Positions 12,665 to 24,893 of a stretch of 64,000 nt of DNA are shown here, piece after piece. The translations under genes and the position numbers were made by a program. The notes beneath the pieces are model-generated. The model saw nothing but the letters and a program-made list of their open reading frames with translations. It was not told the origin of the DNA and did not search any database. This DNA comes from Octopus vulgaris (taxonomy: Eukaryota): NCBI GenBank assembly GCA_951406725.2, contig OX597820.1:9424001-9488000 (forward strand), read 5' to 3'. The first letter of the stretch is position 1. Every line of letters starts with the position of its first letter.

Positions 12665-13170
12665 ATCATTGTTCAGTTTTATTTGAAGATTTCTTGCCAA
12701 TAGAGAGCGGGTTTCTAGCCTAGAACCAAGGGTCTTTCATTGGAATTTCAACATCATCAACAGGGTATTTCTGTTTGTTTGTATGTATGCCTATGTGCAG
12801 ATTTGTATGTTTTGTTTTATGTATGTATTCTCCTGCATATAGTCACATATCTAGACCTGCTCATATATAATTAAATGATAAACTTCTGGAAAGTTTTACA
12901 GATTTTCACAGTTCCAGTAATGGATTGGATCTGTAGTTTTCGAATTATCTTTCTCCTTTCTGGTTTTGAGAAGCCTAATTTCTCAAGCTTGGTTTTCAGG
13001 CAGTGTGTTACATATCACAGCATCCCAATAATTACAGGTATAAACCTGAACTTATAATCTGGATAGAGTAATTGCAGATTTCTCAATAGTTCAGCGTAGG
13101 TGTTCTCTTTTTCACTGATCTTCAGCTTTATGTTAACATCTGCTGGGCAGCTAATTACCACAACTATACA
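12665..13170 (-). pseudogene. R4/NeSL-type non-LTR retrotransposon 3' fragment (restriction-like endonuclease C-terminus + 3' UTR)
   Basis: Minus strand 13170-12871: CIVVVISCPADVNIKLKISEKENTYAELLRNLQLLYPDYKFRFIPVIIGML*YVTHCLKTKLEKLGFSKPERRKIIRKLQIQSITGTVKICKTFQKFII*. Confidence 0.82.
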
Positions 13171-13184
13171 ACTGTATGTATGTA

Positions 13185-13538
13185 TGCCTTAATTTTTGTT
13201 TATTGGTATTCTTTCTAGGAGGAAGCTGGTTTCTAAGAAGAAAAAAATTTGGATAGCAGCAACGATAATTATGTTTCAAACTTTAAGAAAGTCTTGCATA
13301 TTTGTGCTATTCCACCTACAGATTATACCAGTGAAGTTCCTGTTATCTGGTCTCTTTCTTTACTTGAAAATCCCAGCTTCTCTAGAGTGTTGCTTAGACA
13401 TTTACTAACATAACCAAGTGCACCAATAATTACCGGTATGAATGTAAATATATGATCTGGGTAGAAGAGCTGCATGTTTTGAACCAGTTGTCCATAGATG
13501 TCCTTCTTACTGATTTTGCAAGAGAATTTTCATATCAG
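13185..13538 (-). pseudogene. Second, diverged R4/NeSL-type 3' fragment
   Basis: Minus strand: KDIYGQLVQNMQLFYPDHIFTFIPVIIGALGYVSKCLSNTLEKLGFSSKERDQ...QICKTFLKFET*, collinear with the neighbouring copy. Confidence 0.8.
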
Positions 13539-13789
13539 TTGAGAGGTCTTATCTTGTGGGTACTTGGCGACTTCACTGGGGCTGGTGGCCTGAAAAGAGT
13601 ACCCAGCACACTCTGTTAAATGGTTAGTGTTAGGAAGAACATCCAGCTGAAGAAACCATACCAAAGCTGACACAGAACCTGGCAAAGCCCACTGGCTCAT
13701 CTGTTACTGTCAAACCACCCAACCTATACCAGCATGGAAGAAGTCCTTAAATGATGATGAGCACATCTATTTCTGCCCTCTTTCTTGAT

Positions 13790-14145
13790 CACTCTCTCTC
13801 TCTCTCTCTCTCTCTCCCTCCTTCTCTTGCTATTCCCTTAGACTAGGTAACCATGTGTCTCCTTTACAGTAGTACACCTGTTTCTGTCCTCTTTCTTGTT
13901 AACTCTGTCACTCTCTGGGTAACCATGTATCCCCTCTTCAGCAGCACACCTGTTTTTGCCCTCTTTCTCTCTCTCTTTCTCTCTCCTTCTCTTGCTCCTT
14001 CCTCAGGCTAGGTACCCATGTATCTCCTTTACTGCGGCACACCTGTTTCTGCCCTCTGTCTTAACTCTTCCCCCACCTCTCTTTCTCTGACTGGGTAACC
14101 ATGTGTCTCCTTCACTGCAAGGCATCTGTTTCTATCTCTCTGTGA
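13790..14145. repeat. Degenerate pyrimidine-rich minisatellite (4 units of about 70-90 bp)
   Basis: Recurrent ggtaaccatgtgtctcc...cacacctgtttctg separated by CT-rich spacers. Confidence 0.75.
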
Positions 14146-15054
14146 CACTCTAACCTTTCATCATCTGACATAAGATCACCTTCTCCTTCAATGCCCCCCA
14201 CCCCCCGCTCCTCTCAAAGATTCCTTGTCTTGCAAAGACCCTTGGTGACCCTGCCAGTGCAAGTGCCACTTAAAAAGCACCCAGTCCACACTGAAGAGTG
14301 GTTGGCATTTGGAACGGCATCCAGCTGTAAAAACCATGTCAAAACTGACCTCACCTGTGCTGGTGCCACGTGAAAAGCACTCAGCCCACTCTGTGGAGTG
14401 GTTGGGGTTAGGAAGGGCATCCAGCCATCAAAAATATTTTTAAAAAAACCATGCCAAAATCTGACAGAAGTATGATGCAAGCTTCTGCCTGGCGAGCTCC
14501 TGTCAAACTGTCCGACTCATCCCAGCATGGAAGAAGGACATTGAACAATGACGACAACGACGATGATGATGATATAATGCTGAAGCATTTTCATGCATAG
14601 ATGTAAGATGTAAATAATCGCACAGATATATACACATGCATGTGTACGTACATTCAGATGCAGGCTTCCATACATTCTCCTTCTGCCAGTTCACTCGCCT
14701 GGTATAGGTAGGCCCTATGTTAGTGAAGACACATGGTTATAATGCAAACTCTGTATTCATGCAGTCATGCTTCAGACTAAATATGTATATCACCTTTTAC
14801 TTGTTTCAGTTATTTGACTGCGGCCATGCTGGGGCACCACCTTGAAGAATTTTTTGCTGAGCAAATCGATTCATGGACTTCTATTTTTAAAACCCCGTTA
14901 CTTATTTTATTGGTCACTTTTGCTGAACCGCCAAGTTAAGGGGACATTAGTACACCCGCACCAGTTGTCAAGCAGTGATAGGGAATGCAAACAGGCACAA
15001 AGACAGGACAGATAGACACACACACAGACACGCGACAGGCTTCTTTCAGTTTCT

Positions 15055-15452
15055 TATTTCTTTATTGCCCACAAGGGGCTGAACACAGAGGGGACAAACA
15101 AGACAGACAGACAAAGAGATTAAGTCGATTACATTAACCCCAGTGTGTAACTGGTACTTAATTTATGGACCTCGAAAGGATGAAAGCAAAGTCGACCTCG
15201 GCGGAATTTGAACTCAGAACGTAACGGCAGACGAAATACCAATTTCTTTACTACCCACAAGGGGCTAAACACAGAGGGGACAAACAAGGACAGACAAAGG
15301 GATTAAGTCGATTACATCGACTCAAGTGCATAAGTGGTACTTAGTTTATCGACCCCGAAAGGATGAAAGGCAAAGTCGACCTCGGCGGAATTTAAACTCA
15401 GATCATAGCGGCAGACGAAATACCTCTAAGCATTTCGCCCAGCGTGCTAACG
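15055..15452 (-). mobile_element. Two tandem SINE family B copies nested in an old family A copy
   Basis: Two consecutive atttcttta..cccacaaggggct...gcagacgaaatacc units; flanking sequence on both sides is family A (cttctttcagtttc duplicated). Confidence 0.85.
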
Positions 15453-15784
15453 TTCTTCTTTCAGTTTCTGTCAACCAAATTCACTCACAGGGATTTTATA
15501 GGTCCAACACCTATAGTAGAAGATACCCAAGGTGCCATGCAATGGGACTGAATCCAGAACCATGTGGACGAGAAGCAAACTTCTTACCACACAGCCACCC
15601 TTGCACCTATATATTTATTCGTTTTACATCTGTTTTTCCATGCTGGCATGTGTTAGGCATTTATATTATTGAGCTATTGTTTTATAGCCCAAATGCCCTT
15701 CCAGTTGCTAACCCTCACCTATACTACATCAGGTGCACATAACAGATTTTTATTCAGTTTGGCACCTAATTGCAGTATCATTCT

Positions 15785-16175
15785 TGCTCTTGTACTTGTT
15801 TCAGTCATTTGACTGTGGCCATGCTGGAGCACCGCCTTCAGTCGAGCAAATCGACCCCGGGACTTATTCTTTTGTAAGCCCAGTACTTATTCTATCGGTC
15901 TCTTTTGCCGAACCGCTAAATGACGGGGACGCAAACACACCAGCATCGGTTGTCAAGCAATGCTAGGGGGACAAACACAGACACACAAACACACATACAC
16001 ATACATATATACGACAGGCTTCTTTCAGTTTCCGTCTACCAAATTCACTCACAAGGCATTGGTCGGCCCGAGGCTATAGCAGAAGACACTTGCCCAGGAT
16101 ACCAAGCAGTAGGACTGAACCCGGAACCATGTGGTCAGTTAGCAAGCTACTTACCACACAGCCACTCCTGCGCCT
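15785..16175 (-). mobile_element. SINE family A, full length
   Basis: Reverse complement of the consensus. Confidence 0.92.
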
Positions 16176-16444
16176 ATCAGTGAATTTTTTTTTGAATTTT
16201 TTTTTGGTTTTCAACCACTGTTTCCGTATGCAGTTGGCAGTGAATGCATGCTACTAACAAAGCATAACGAGGCAGAAATGTGCATCTAACATTCTCACTG
16301 CTGCCACCAGATAATTTTTGCCTGTTACAGATACATTTGTGTTTTTAAACACCACACATCTATAAGAGATATTACCCCTGGTGGAATATTACAGTAAATT
16401 TGCTTTAAATATGATACACAGATAGCTCTGTGAATGTGTGTGTG

Positions 16445-17105
16445 TCATCATCATCATTTAACGTCTGCTTTCTATGCTGGCATGGGTTAGACGGTTTGAC
16501 TGGAATTGAGCTGGTGAGCTGGCTGAAACGTTAGCACGCCGGGCGAAATGCTTTGCGGTATTTCGTCTGCCGCCACGGTCCGAGTTCAAATTATGCCACG
16601 GTTGACTTTGCCTTTCATCCTTTCGGGGTCGATTAAATAAGTACCAGTTACGCACTGGGGTCGATTAAGTAAGTACCAGTTACATACTGGGGTCGATATA
16701 ATTGACTTAATCCGTTTGTCTGTCCTTGTTTGTCCCCTCTGTGTTTAGCCCCTTGTGGGTAATAAAGAAATAGGTTTGACTTGAATTGGTAAGCCACAAA
16801 GCTGCACCAGGCTCCAATTTGATTTTGGCCTGGTTTCTACAGCTGGATGCCCTTCCTAACGCCAACCACTCCATAGTGTGTATTGGGTGCCTTTTACGTG
16901 TCACTGGTATGAGTGCCCTTCACGTATTAGCGGCACGGGCCACAATTACGATTTCACTTTTCTTGACCTGTCTTCTCAGGCACAGCGAATCGCCAAAAGT
17001 CTTGGTCACTTGTCATCGCCACCATGACACTCAACATCCAAAGATCATATTTCACCACCTCGTCTCATGTCTTCCATGGTCTACCTCTTCCACAGGTTCC
17101 CTGCA
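16445..17105 (-). mobile_element. RTE LINE 3' fragment interrupted by SINE B (16509-16772)
   Basis: (cat)n tail, cagctggatgcccttcctaacgccaacc, ORF-end GRGRP.KTW-like codons; SINE B bounded by 16-bp TSD ggtttgact(g/t)gaattg. Confidence 0.85.
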
Positions 17106-18261
17106 TGCGGTGTGTGTGTATATATGTATGTCTCTGTGTCTGCAAGTATTTCCTGGAGTGTGTGTATATATGAAATATTTTGTTCAAGAACACACTGCAC
17201 CACCTGGGCACAAAGCTACACATTTCTCAGTATTACCCCTCCCTCTCAGTTGAGGGTTTTAACCTTGCAAGGTACTTGGTGACCCTGTCAGTGCTGGTGC
17301 CAGGTAAGAGCATCCTGTACACTCTGTAAAATGGTTGGCATTAGGAAGAGCATTTGGCTGTAGAAACCCTGCCAAAACAGACAATGGACTCCAGTGTGAC
17401 CCCTGGCCTTGCCAGCACCTGTCAAACTACCCAACCCATGCCAGCATGGAAAATGGGTATTAAATGATAATGACCTTGGGATCATGTGTGCAACACCCTA
17501 ACCACTAGGCCCTACACGTTGACATCACTTTGACACCTGACACGTGGTACATTGCACACCTGTTCAGGCAACATTGATTTGAGGGAAGGAGGGCGGGAGG
17601 GAGGAAGCTAATGTGCAGCACATGCATTTGATCACTAAAAAGAAATCATTTATACAGAATCACCTTTCTTGGACTACAAAGACAACTATCATATGTGTGT
17701 GTGTGTGTATATTATCATCATCATCATCATTTAGCATCCGTGTTCCATGCTAGCTCGGGTGGGATGATATATATATATATATATGATTGATTGATTCTAG
17801 TTTCAGCTCATGAGCTGTGGCCATGCTGGGTAACCGCCATTTATGTAATATAATATATATGTAATATAATATAAATAAAGTTAGATAAGGCTGGTTTATG
17901 GGATTACCCTGGGTGTCATGTTCATAAAGCGCTTAACTTTATGGGAATCATCAGATCCTAAAACCTGTTGGCTTAATACCTCTCTAGTGAGTGGCCTCTC
18001 TAGAATATGGATGAGGAAACAACACACTTTATTTATATCATATACTGCTCTATGACTCAGAGCATGCTTCCTTTTCGAATTTATGACTTACCGATTATAT
18101 ATATATGTATATATAAATAAACTTACTTGGAGGATAAGAAATGAAATGAAACGATGCGAGGCGCTCAGTCATAGAATAACAATTTAACAAATGAAACATA
18201 TACATACATATATGTACATACCTACATCTATATGTATATATACTTGCATATATATATATAT

Positions 18262-18373
18262 ATGAGTACAGGACACCACAAAAAAAAGTTAATACAAAGT
18301 CCGTTTCCTTGTTTGTTTTTATGTTTTCGTTTCTCGTTGTGTTCTACGTTTATTTGTGGTGTCCTGTACTCAT
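18262..18373. mobile_element. Small inverted-repeat element in (TA)n
   Basis: atgagtacaggacaccacaaa at the left end and tttgtggtgtcctgtactcat at the right end. Confidence 0.7.
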
Positions 18374-18394
18374 ATATATATATATATATATATC

Positions 18395-19090
18395 TCGTTG
18401 CCAGCCTCGCCTGGCCCCGTGCCGGTGACACGTAAAAGCACCGTCCGTTCGTGGCCATTTGCCTGCTCCGTCTTGCCCCGTGTCGGTGGCACATAAAAGC
18501 ACCGTCCGTTCGTGTCCGTTGCCAGCCTCGGCTGGCCCCCGTGCCGGTGACACGTAAAAGCACCGTCCGTTCGTGGCCGTTTGCCAGCTCTGTCTGGCCC
18601 CGTGTCTGTGGCACGTAAAAGCACCATCCGTTCGTGTTCGTTGCCAGCCTCGGCTGGCCCCCGTACAGGTGACACGTAAAAGCACCGTCCGTTCGTGGCC
18701 GTTTGCCAGATCTGTCTGGCCCCGTGTCGGTGGCACGTAAAAGCACCATCCGTTCGTGTTCGTAGCCAGCCTCGGCTGGCCCCCGTGCAGGTGACATGTA
18801 AAAGCACCGTCCGTTCGTGGCCGTTTGCCAGCTCTGTCTGGCCCCGTGCCGGTGACACGTAAAAACACCATCCGTTCGTGGCCATTCGCCAGCTCTGTCT
18901 GGCACCTGTGCAGGTGGCACGTAAAAAACACCCACTACACTCGCGGAGTGGTTGGCGTTAGGAAGGGCATCCAGCCGTAGAAACACTGCTACCTGACTGG
19001 GCCTGATGAAGCCTTCCGGCTTCACAGACCCCAGTTAAACCGTCCAACCCATGCTAGCATGGAAAACGGACGCTAAATGATGATGATGAT
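18395..19090 (+). mobile_element. RTE LINE 3' UTR with about 9 tandem ~60-bp units
   Basis: Units gccagc..ctggc-cccgtgccggtg(g/a)cacgtaaaagcacc-gtccgttcgtg at 18395-18932, then the family C core and (gat)n tail. Confidence 0.9.
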
Positions 19091-19161
19091 GTATATATAC
19101 ATATAGATGTAGGTATGTATATATACATATAGATGTAGGTATGTACATATATGTATGTATG

Positions 19162-19224
<63 letters not shown>

Positions 19225-19959
19225 AAAGTATAGGGGATTAGGTATGCTAGGTAAGTGGTGTAACGGATTACTGGGGGTCCAAGGTTATATCCGAGATGGT
19301 AGTTATGGAGCCATTGCAGATTTCCGATGCACTGGATATATAATTGTTAGAGAGGACAGCAAATGTTGAGGCAAGGTAAACATGTTGATGTTTACCTTAA
19401 TGTTCGTTGTTGTGTGGTAAGTAGCTTGCTTACCAACCACATGGTTCCGGGTTCAGTCCCACTGCGTTGCACCTTGGGCAAGTGTCTTCTACTATAGCCT
19501 TGGGCCGACCTAAGCCTTGTGAGTGGATTTGGTTGATGGAAACTGAAAGAAGCCCATCGTATTTATGTGTGTGTGTGTGGCTGTATATGTTTGTGTGTCT
19601 GTGTTTGTCACCACAACATTGCTTGACAACCGATGCTGGTGTGTTTATGTCCCCGTAACTTAGCAGTTCGGCAAGAGAGACCAATAGAATAAGTACTAGG
19701 CTTACAAAGAATAAGTCCTGGGGTCGATTTACTCGACTAAAGGCGGTGCTCCAGCATGGCTGCAGTCAAATGAATATATATATATTATCATCATCATCAT
19801 CATCATCATTTAGCGTCCTCTTTCCATGCTAGCATGGGTTGGACAGTTCAACTGGGGTCTGGGAAGCCAGAAGGCTGCACCAGTCCCAGTCTGATCTGGC
19901 AGTGTTTCTACGGCTGGATGCCCTTCCTAACGCCAACCACTCCGTGAGTGTAGTGGGTG

Positions 19960-19994
<35 letters not shown>

Positions 19995-19996
<2 letters not shown>

Positions 19997-20113
19997 GGAG
20001 TAAACACATAAATGTGAAACTAGGTGGAAAAAAAGAGTACTTCAAATATGCTTTATTTAAAGCAGCAGAAAATTCAACAAAATTTTGTTGAATTTTCTGC
20101 TGCTTTAAATAAA

Positions 20114-20114
<1 letters not shown>
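19995..20114 (-). mobile_element. Fold-back insert in (TA)n, same family as 29605-29822
   Basis: Perfect 64-bp palindrome 20051-20114 plus tail ccggagtaaacacataaatgtgaaac matching 29770-29822 in reverse. Confidence 0.85.
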
Positions 20115-20149
<35 letters not shown>

Positions 20150-20152
<3 letters not shown>

Positions 20153-20302
20153 ATAAATAATATTAGGGTAATAAGAATTATACCAGTGGCCTAGCACAAA
20201 AAAAATAAGTCAATAGACTATATATTATTCACATAAAAATATCGTGTACATTATCGTTGAAGCCTCTTAGTATGTTTTAATGTACACGATATTTTTATGT
20301 GT
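20150..20302 (-). mobile_element. Fold-back insert in (TA)n
   Basis: cacataaaaatatcgtgtacatta (20230-20253) is the reverse complement of 20278-20301; ~80 nt tail on the left. Confidence 0.65.
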
Positions 20303-21599
20303 ATATATATATATATAAAGTGGGTGGACGTATGAAAGAAAATGGCATTCAACACATTTTTCAGGTGTTATATATATAATTTAATAACTGTTTGACTTGG
20401 CTCCATGTAACTTAGTTGTTTCGTCGAATAAACCTATTTTATCAGGCAGGTAGAGGAGAGTTACCTGTTGAGACTGATTCATTGTGCAAGCCCATATAAT
20501 ACTTTAAAATGCATGGAGCTAAGTCGAACTTTTATTTTGTATATCATCATCATCATTTAACGTCCACCTTCCATGCAAGCATGAGTGGGACGGTTTCACA
20601 AGAGCCAGCCTGGCAGAAGCCTGCAACAGACTTCTGTGACTGATTTGGCAAGATTTTTACACCTGGATGCCTTTCCTTTCTAACACCAACTACTCAGCAG
20701 AGTGGACTTCGTGCTTTTTACGTGGCACAAGCACAGGCGAGGTTAGTTTTGGCAAGGTTTTTACAATTGGATGCCCTTCCAAACACCAACAACTTTACAA
20801 TGTGAACTGGGTGCTTTTAAGTGGCACCTGCACTGACAGGGTCACCAAGTACTTGCAAGACAAAAACAAAATATAAATTTATAAAACCAGATGGAATACA
20901 CACATACACACATTAGTCAGAATGATCAAAACATTGGTAGAAATACCTTGTGGTATCTATTCTGGGACCTTGTATTCTTAGTTCAAATCCCACTGCTGTA
21001 GACTTAATCCACTTCCTGGTTTGTCACCCCACCCACCCTTCCTTTAGTACAGACCACTCTGTTGTACTCGAACCAGTTCTCTGGTCCAGGGATCCCTCTT
21101 CCATCTCTCTATCAGTCTCAAAGACCCAGTAAAGTGTCATGAACACTGCTCTTCTTTCCTGAGAGATATGAACTCTCTCTCTCTATGTGTGTGTGTGTTT
21201 TGAGATTTGGGGTTCAGTCCCACTGCACGGCACCTTAGGCAAGTGTCTTCTATTATAACCTCGGACTGATCAATACTGTGTGAGTATATTTGGTAGATGG
21301 AAACTGTGTGGAAGCCTGTAGCCTGTATAGGCGTATGTGTGTGTGTGTGTGTGTTTGTGTCCCTCCTGCCACTTAGTAATTAGTGTTGGTTTATGGCCTT
21401 ATGACGTAGCAGTTCAGCAATTCGGACCAATGGAATAAGTACCAGGCTTAGAAAAAAATAAAAAAGAACCATAAGTACTAGGGTCAATTATTTCTTCAAC
21501 TAAATCCCTTCAAGGCTATGCTCCAGCAAGGCTGCAATCCAATGATTAAAACAAGTAACACACTAAAGAGTAACAGATATCTGTGCAACCATTAACCCA

Positions 21600-21942
21600 G
21601 AAACATTTTTCTTTTTCTGTTTTTTTCCCCCTTCTTTTCTATAGAAAAGCATAGGCTTGAAATGTCAATCTAATACACCATGTTTGTCATTCCCTCACCT
21701 GCCTCTGTTGTTTTTTTTTTTTTGTACAATTTGGAACCATATATATAAATATATATACATATAGGGAGAGTTTGCGAAAAAAAAAACAATAGACGAAGAC
21801 AGGTGGTGTAGAAAACAAACAAATGTATTAGTATAAACGCTCAGGAATAGAAAAAGTCTTTTACGTTTTGAGCCTACGCTCTTCTACAGAAAGGGACACA
21901 GAAAAAACAAGGAGAGAAAAAAATGTGTGTAGTGGCTAACGA

Positions 21943-21945
<3 letters not shown>
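21600..21945. mobile_element. Two related Penelope-like 3' ends, tail-to-tail around a TA tract
   Basis: tttctatagaaaagcataggcttgaaatgt (+) versus acgttttgagcctacgctcttctacagaaa (-); a third copy at 52880-52960. Confidence 0.55.
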
Positions 21946-21979
<34 letters not shown>

Positions 21980-22407
21980 TCATGTGCAGACGTGGCTATG
22001 TGGTAAGTTGCATGCTTACCAACCACATAGTTCAGGGTTCAGTCCCACTACATGGTACCTTGGGCAAGTGTCTTCCACTATTGCCTCGTGCCGACCAAAG
22101 TCTTGTGATTGGAAATGAAACATACTGCTTGATTACCACGTAACTCGGTAAAAGAACACTTCATGGAGTGGAGAGGACAGTCTAATTCTATGAGGTACAA
22201 GGAGACGCCACTATATATATTTGTGTGTGTCCCCCACCATCGCTTGACAACCTGTGTTGGAATGTTTACGTCACCATAACTTAGCGGTTCGGCAAAAGAC
22301 TGATACAATAAGTACTAGGCTTACAAAGAATAAGTCCTGGGGTCGATTTATTCGACTAAATGCAGTGCTCCAAATGACTGAATCAAGTAGAATAAAAGAA
22401 TATATAT

Positions 22408-22770
22408 AATGTCTGCTTTCCATGCTGGCATGGGTTAGACAGTTTGACTGGAATTGGTAAGCCACAAAGCTGCACCAGGCTCCAATCCAATTTTGGCTTG
22501 GTTTCTACAGCTGGATGCTCTTCCTAATTCCAACTACTCCATAGTGTGTATTGGGTACCTTTTACGTGTCACCGGTATGAGTGACCTTCACGTATTACCG
22601 ACACAGGCCACAACTACGATTTCACTTTGTTTCACGTGTCTTCTCAGGCACAGCGAATCGCCAAGTCTTGGTCACTTGTCGTCGCCTCCTTAACACTCAA
22701 CATCTGAAGATTATATTTACCACCTCATCTCACGTCTTCCACGGTCTACCTCTTCCACAGGTTCCCAGCA
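22408..22770 (-). mobile_element. RTE LINE 3' fragment, paralogous to 16457-17105
   Basis: Same truncation point and same flank as the 16.5-kb copy. Confidence 0.85.
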
Positions 22771-22774
22771 TGTG

Positions 22775-22824
<50 letters not shown>

Positions 22825-22826
<2 letters not shown>

Positions 22827-23217
22827 ATCTTTTCGGTTTGAACGGCATTTTTTTCTAGCGGTGTCATATGAAATTGTCACCCATAATTATGACCCTACTA
22901 TCGATCTATTGCATTTCAATCTGTTTTAGGGTTATGATTAGGGGTGGGGGGAAGGGTATCTTTTTTTTCTTCACAAATGTAAATAAACCCAATCTGTTTC
23001 TTAAACGAAGGACATATTCATATGGCACAGAATGTTTTTTACCTCAATAGACGTCCTCGATTGGTTGAAATTGAAGAAAAAAAAGCAACAAATATCTTAC
23101 AAACTGTAGAATTTTCTCAATAAAGCCAAGAGAAAAAGATGTTTTATAAACACATTCTACCAGTATACGAAGTTTAAAAGTGTTTAGTTACGTGGAAATT
23201 ATTTTTAAAAAACTGCC
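22825..23217 (+). mobile_element. Merlin-like MITE, right TIR truncated
   Basis: Starts GGATCTTTTCGGTTTGAACGGCA; nearly identical internally to 37652-38094. Confidence 0.75.
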
Positions 23218-23224
23218 ATATATA

Positions 23225-23620
23225 GGCGCAGGAGTGGCTTTGTGGTAAGTAGCTTGCTAACCAACCACATGGTTCCGGGTTCAGTCCCACTGCGTGGCAT
23301 TTTGGGCAAGTGTCTTCTGCTATGGCCCCGGGCCGACCAATGCCTTGTGAGTGGATTTGGTAGACGGAAACTGAAAAGAAGCCCGTCGTATATATGTAAA
23401 TATATATATATATCTATGTGTGTGTTTGTGTTTGTCCCCCTCGCATTGCTTGACAACCGATGCTGGTGTGTTTACGTCCCCGTAACTTAGCGTTTCGGCA
23501 AAAGGGACCGATAGAATAAGTACTGGGCTTACAAAGAATAAGTCCCGGGGTCGATTTGTTCGACTAAAGGCGGTGCTCCAGCATGGCCGCAGTCAAATGA
23601 CTGAAACAAGTAAAAGAGTA
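23225..23620 (+). mobile_element. SINE family A, full length
   Basis: Matches the consensus. Confidence 0.92.
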
Positions 23621-24235
23621 TATATCTATCTATGTATGTATGTCTCTGTGTCTGCAATTATTTCGTGGAGTAGAAAGTGCTAGGTTATTTTTAAACTTTA
23701 TATGAAGAGCTAATGGTAAGGGAAGTCACTTACTTTATAAAAGCCATTAGTAGGGCAAGAACTTCGCATATGTTGGATGCTAAACTTTGGATTTCACAAA
23801 TATAGACATGTATTAGGTGTTATTGTTTTAGATATATTTTATGTATATGAGATAAAGACATCAACGAATTTCATATATTTGGAGTATGATTTTTGCTTGT
23901 TTTGACAAAATGATTAAATGTAAGGGTTATATGAATATATGAAAATATTAATTAAATTATATATATGATGTAAAATATTAATTAGTGGTTTAAAGTGGAG
24001 GCTAGATGATATAAGGTGAAGTGTTGAGAGAAAATTAATAGAGTTACGTAAAGGGGAGTAACTGCGATGCCGTCCTAATTGGAATCGTCGAATTGGGAGA
24101 AAGTGGGACAAGTTTAATTAAAGTATGGTATAGACGGAAATGAATTTGTATTAATTTATTATGTGACTATTTCAATAAATCAGTTAAAATAAGAAACGTG
24201 TAAAGTAATTTTGATTTAGCCGGTAATTTTTTTTA

Positions 24236-24893
24236 TACAGTCAAACCTCAACTCAGGTCGGTTAATAAGTTCTCAAGAGACGCGACAAACTCGACAAACG
24301 ACGTAACGCGGAAAAAAACATTTAAAACAAATTTACTAGTTTATATCTGTTTTAATAATTGATTTTTACAAGTTTTCATTTGTATTTTATTTGGTTTTCT
24401 GCTCCGATATTGGTTTTTAGTTGTTTTTTTTTTTCTTTATATTTTAAAACTTTTATTCGCAGGTGCGACTTACTTACCAACCACGTGGTTCCGGGTTCAG
24501 TCCCACTGCGTGGCATTTTGGGCTAGTGTTTTCCTCGGGCCGACCAGAGCCTTCTGAACGGATTTGGTAGATGGAAACTGAAAGAAGTTTGTGTGTGTGT
24601 CTTTGAGTTAATGTGTTTACGTCCTCATAACGCAGCGGTTCGACAAAAGAGACTGGTAGATTAAGTAATAGGTTTTTCATAAAGAATACTGCGGTGAATT
24701 CATTCGTCTAAACGTTCTTCAAGGCGGTGCCCCAGCATGACCGCAATAGCTGACGCAATCAAATGATGCTTTTAAATATGTTTGCTGAGACCGGCGCAAA
24801 ATTGACAAAATCGTCTCAAGTTGAGGGGGGAAAAAATAATGTTAAGTTGAAAAAAGACGTAACGTGAAGCAACGTTAGTTGAAGGACGCCTGA
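24236..24893. mobile_element. Tigger-like MITE interrupted by an old SINE A
   Basis: tacagtcaaacctcaact...cgtaacgcgg at the left end and gacgtaacgtgaagcaacgttagttgaaggacgcctg at the right end. Confidence 0.5.

Noticed and set aside
18228-19025. 265-aa and overlapping repetitive ORFs (also 28745-29334, 58202-58810, 60394-60957)
   Set aside because: Open in several frames only because the GC-rich tandem unit lacks stops; they are antisense to a LINE 3' UTR.
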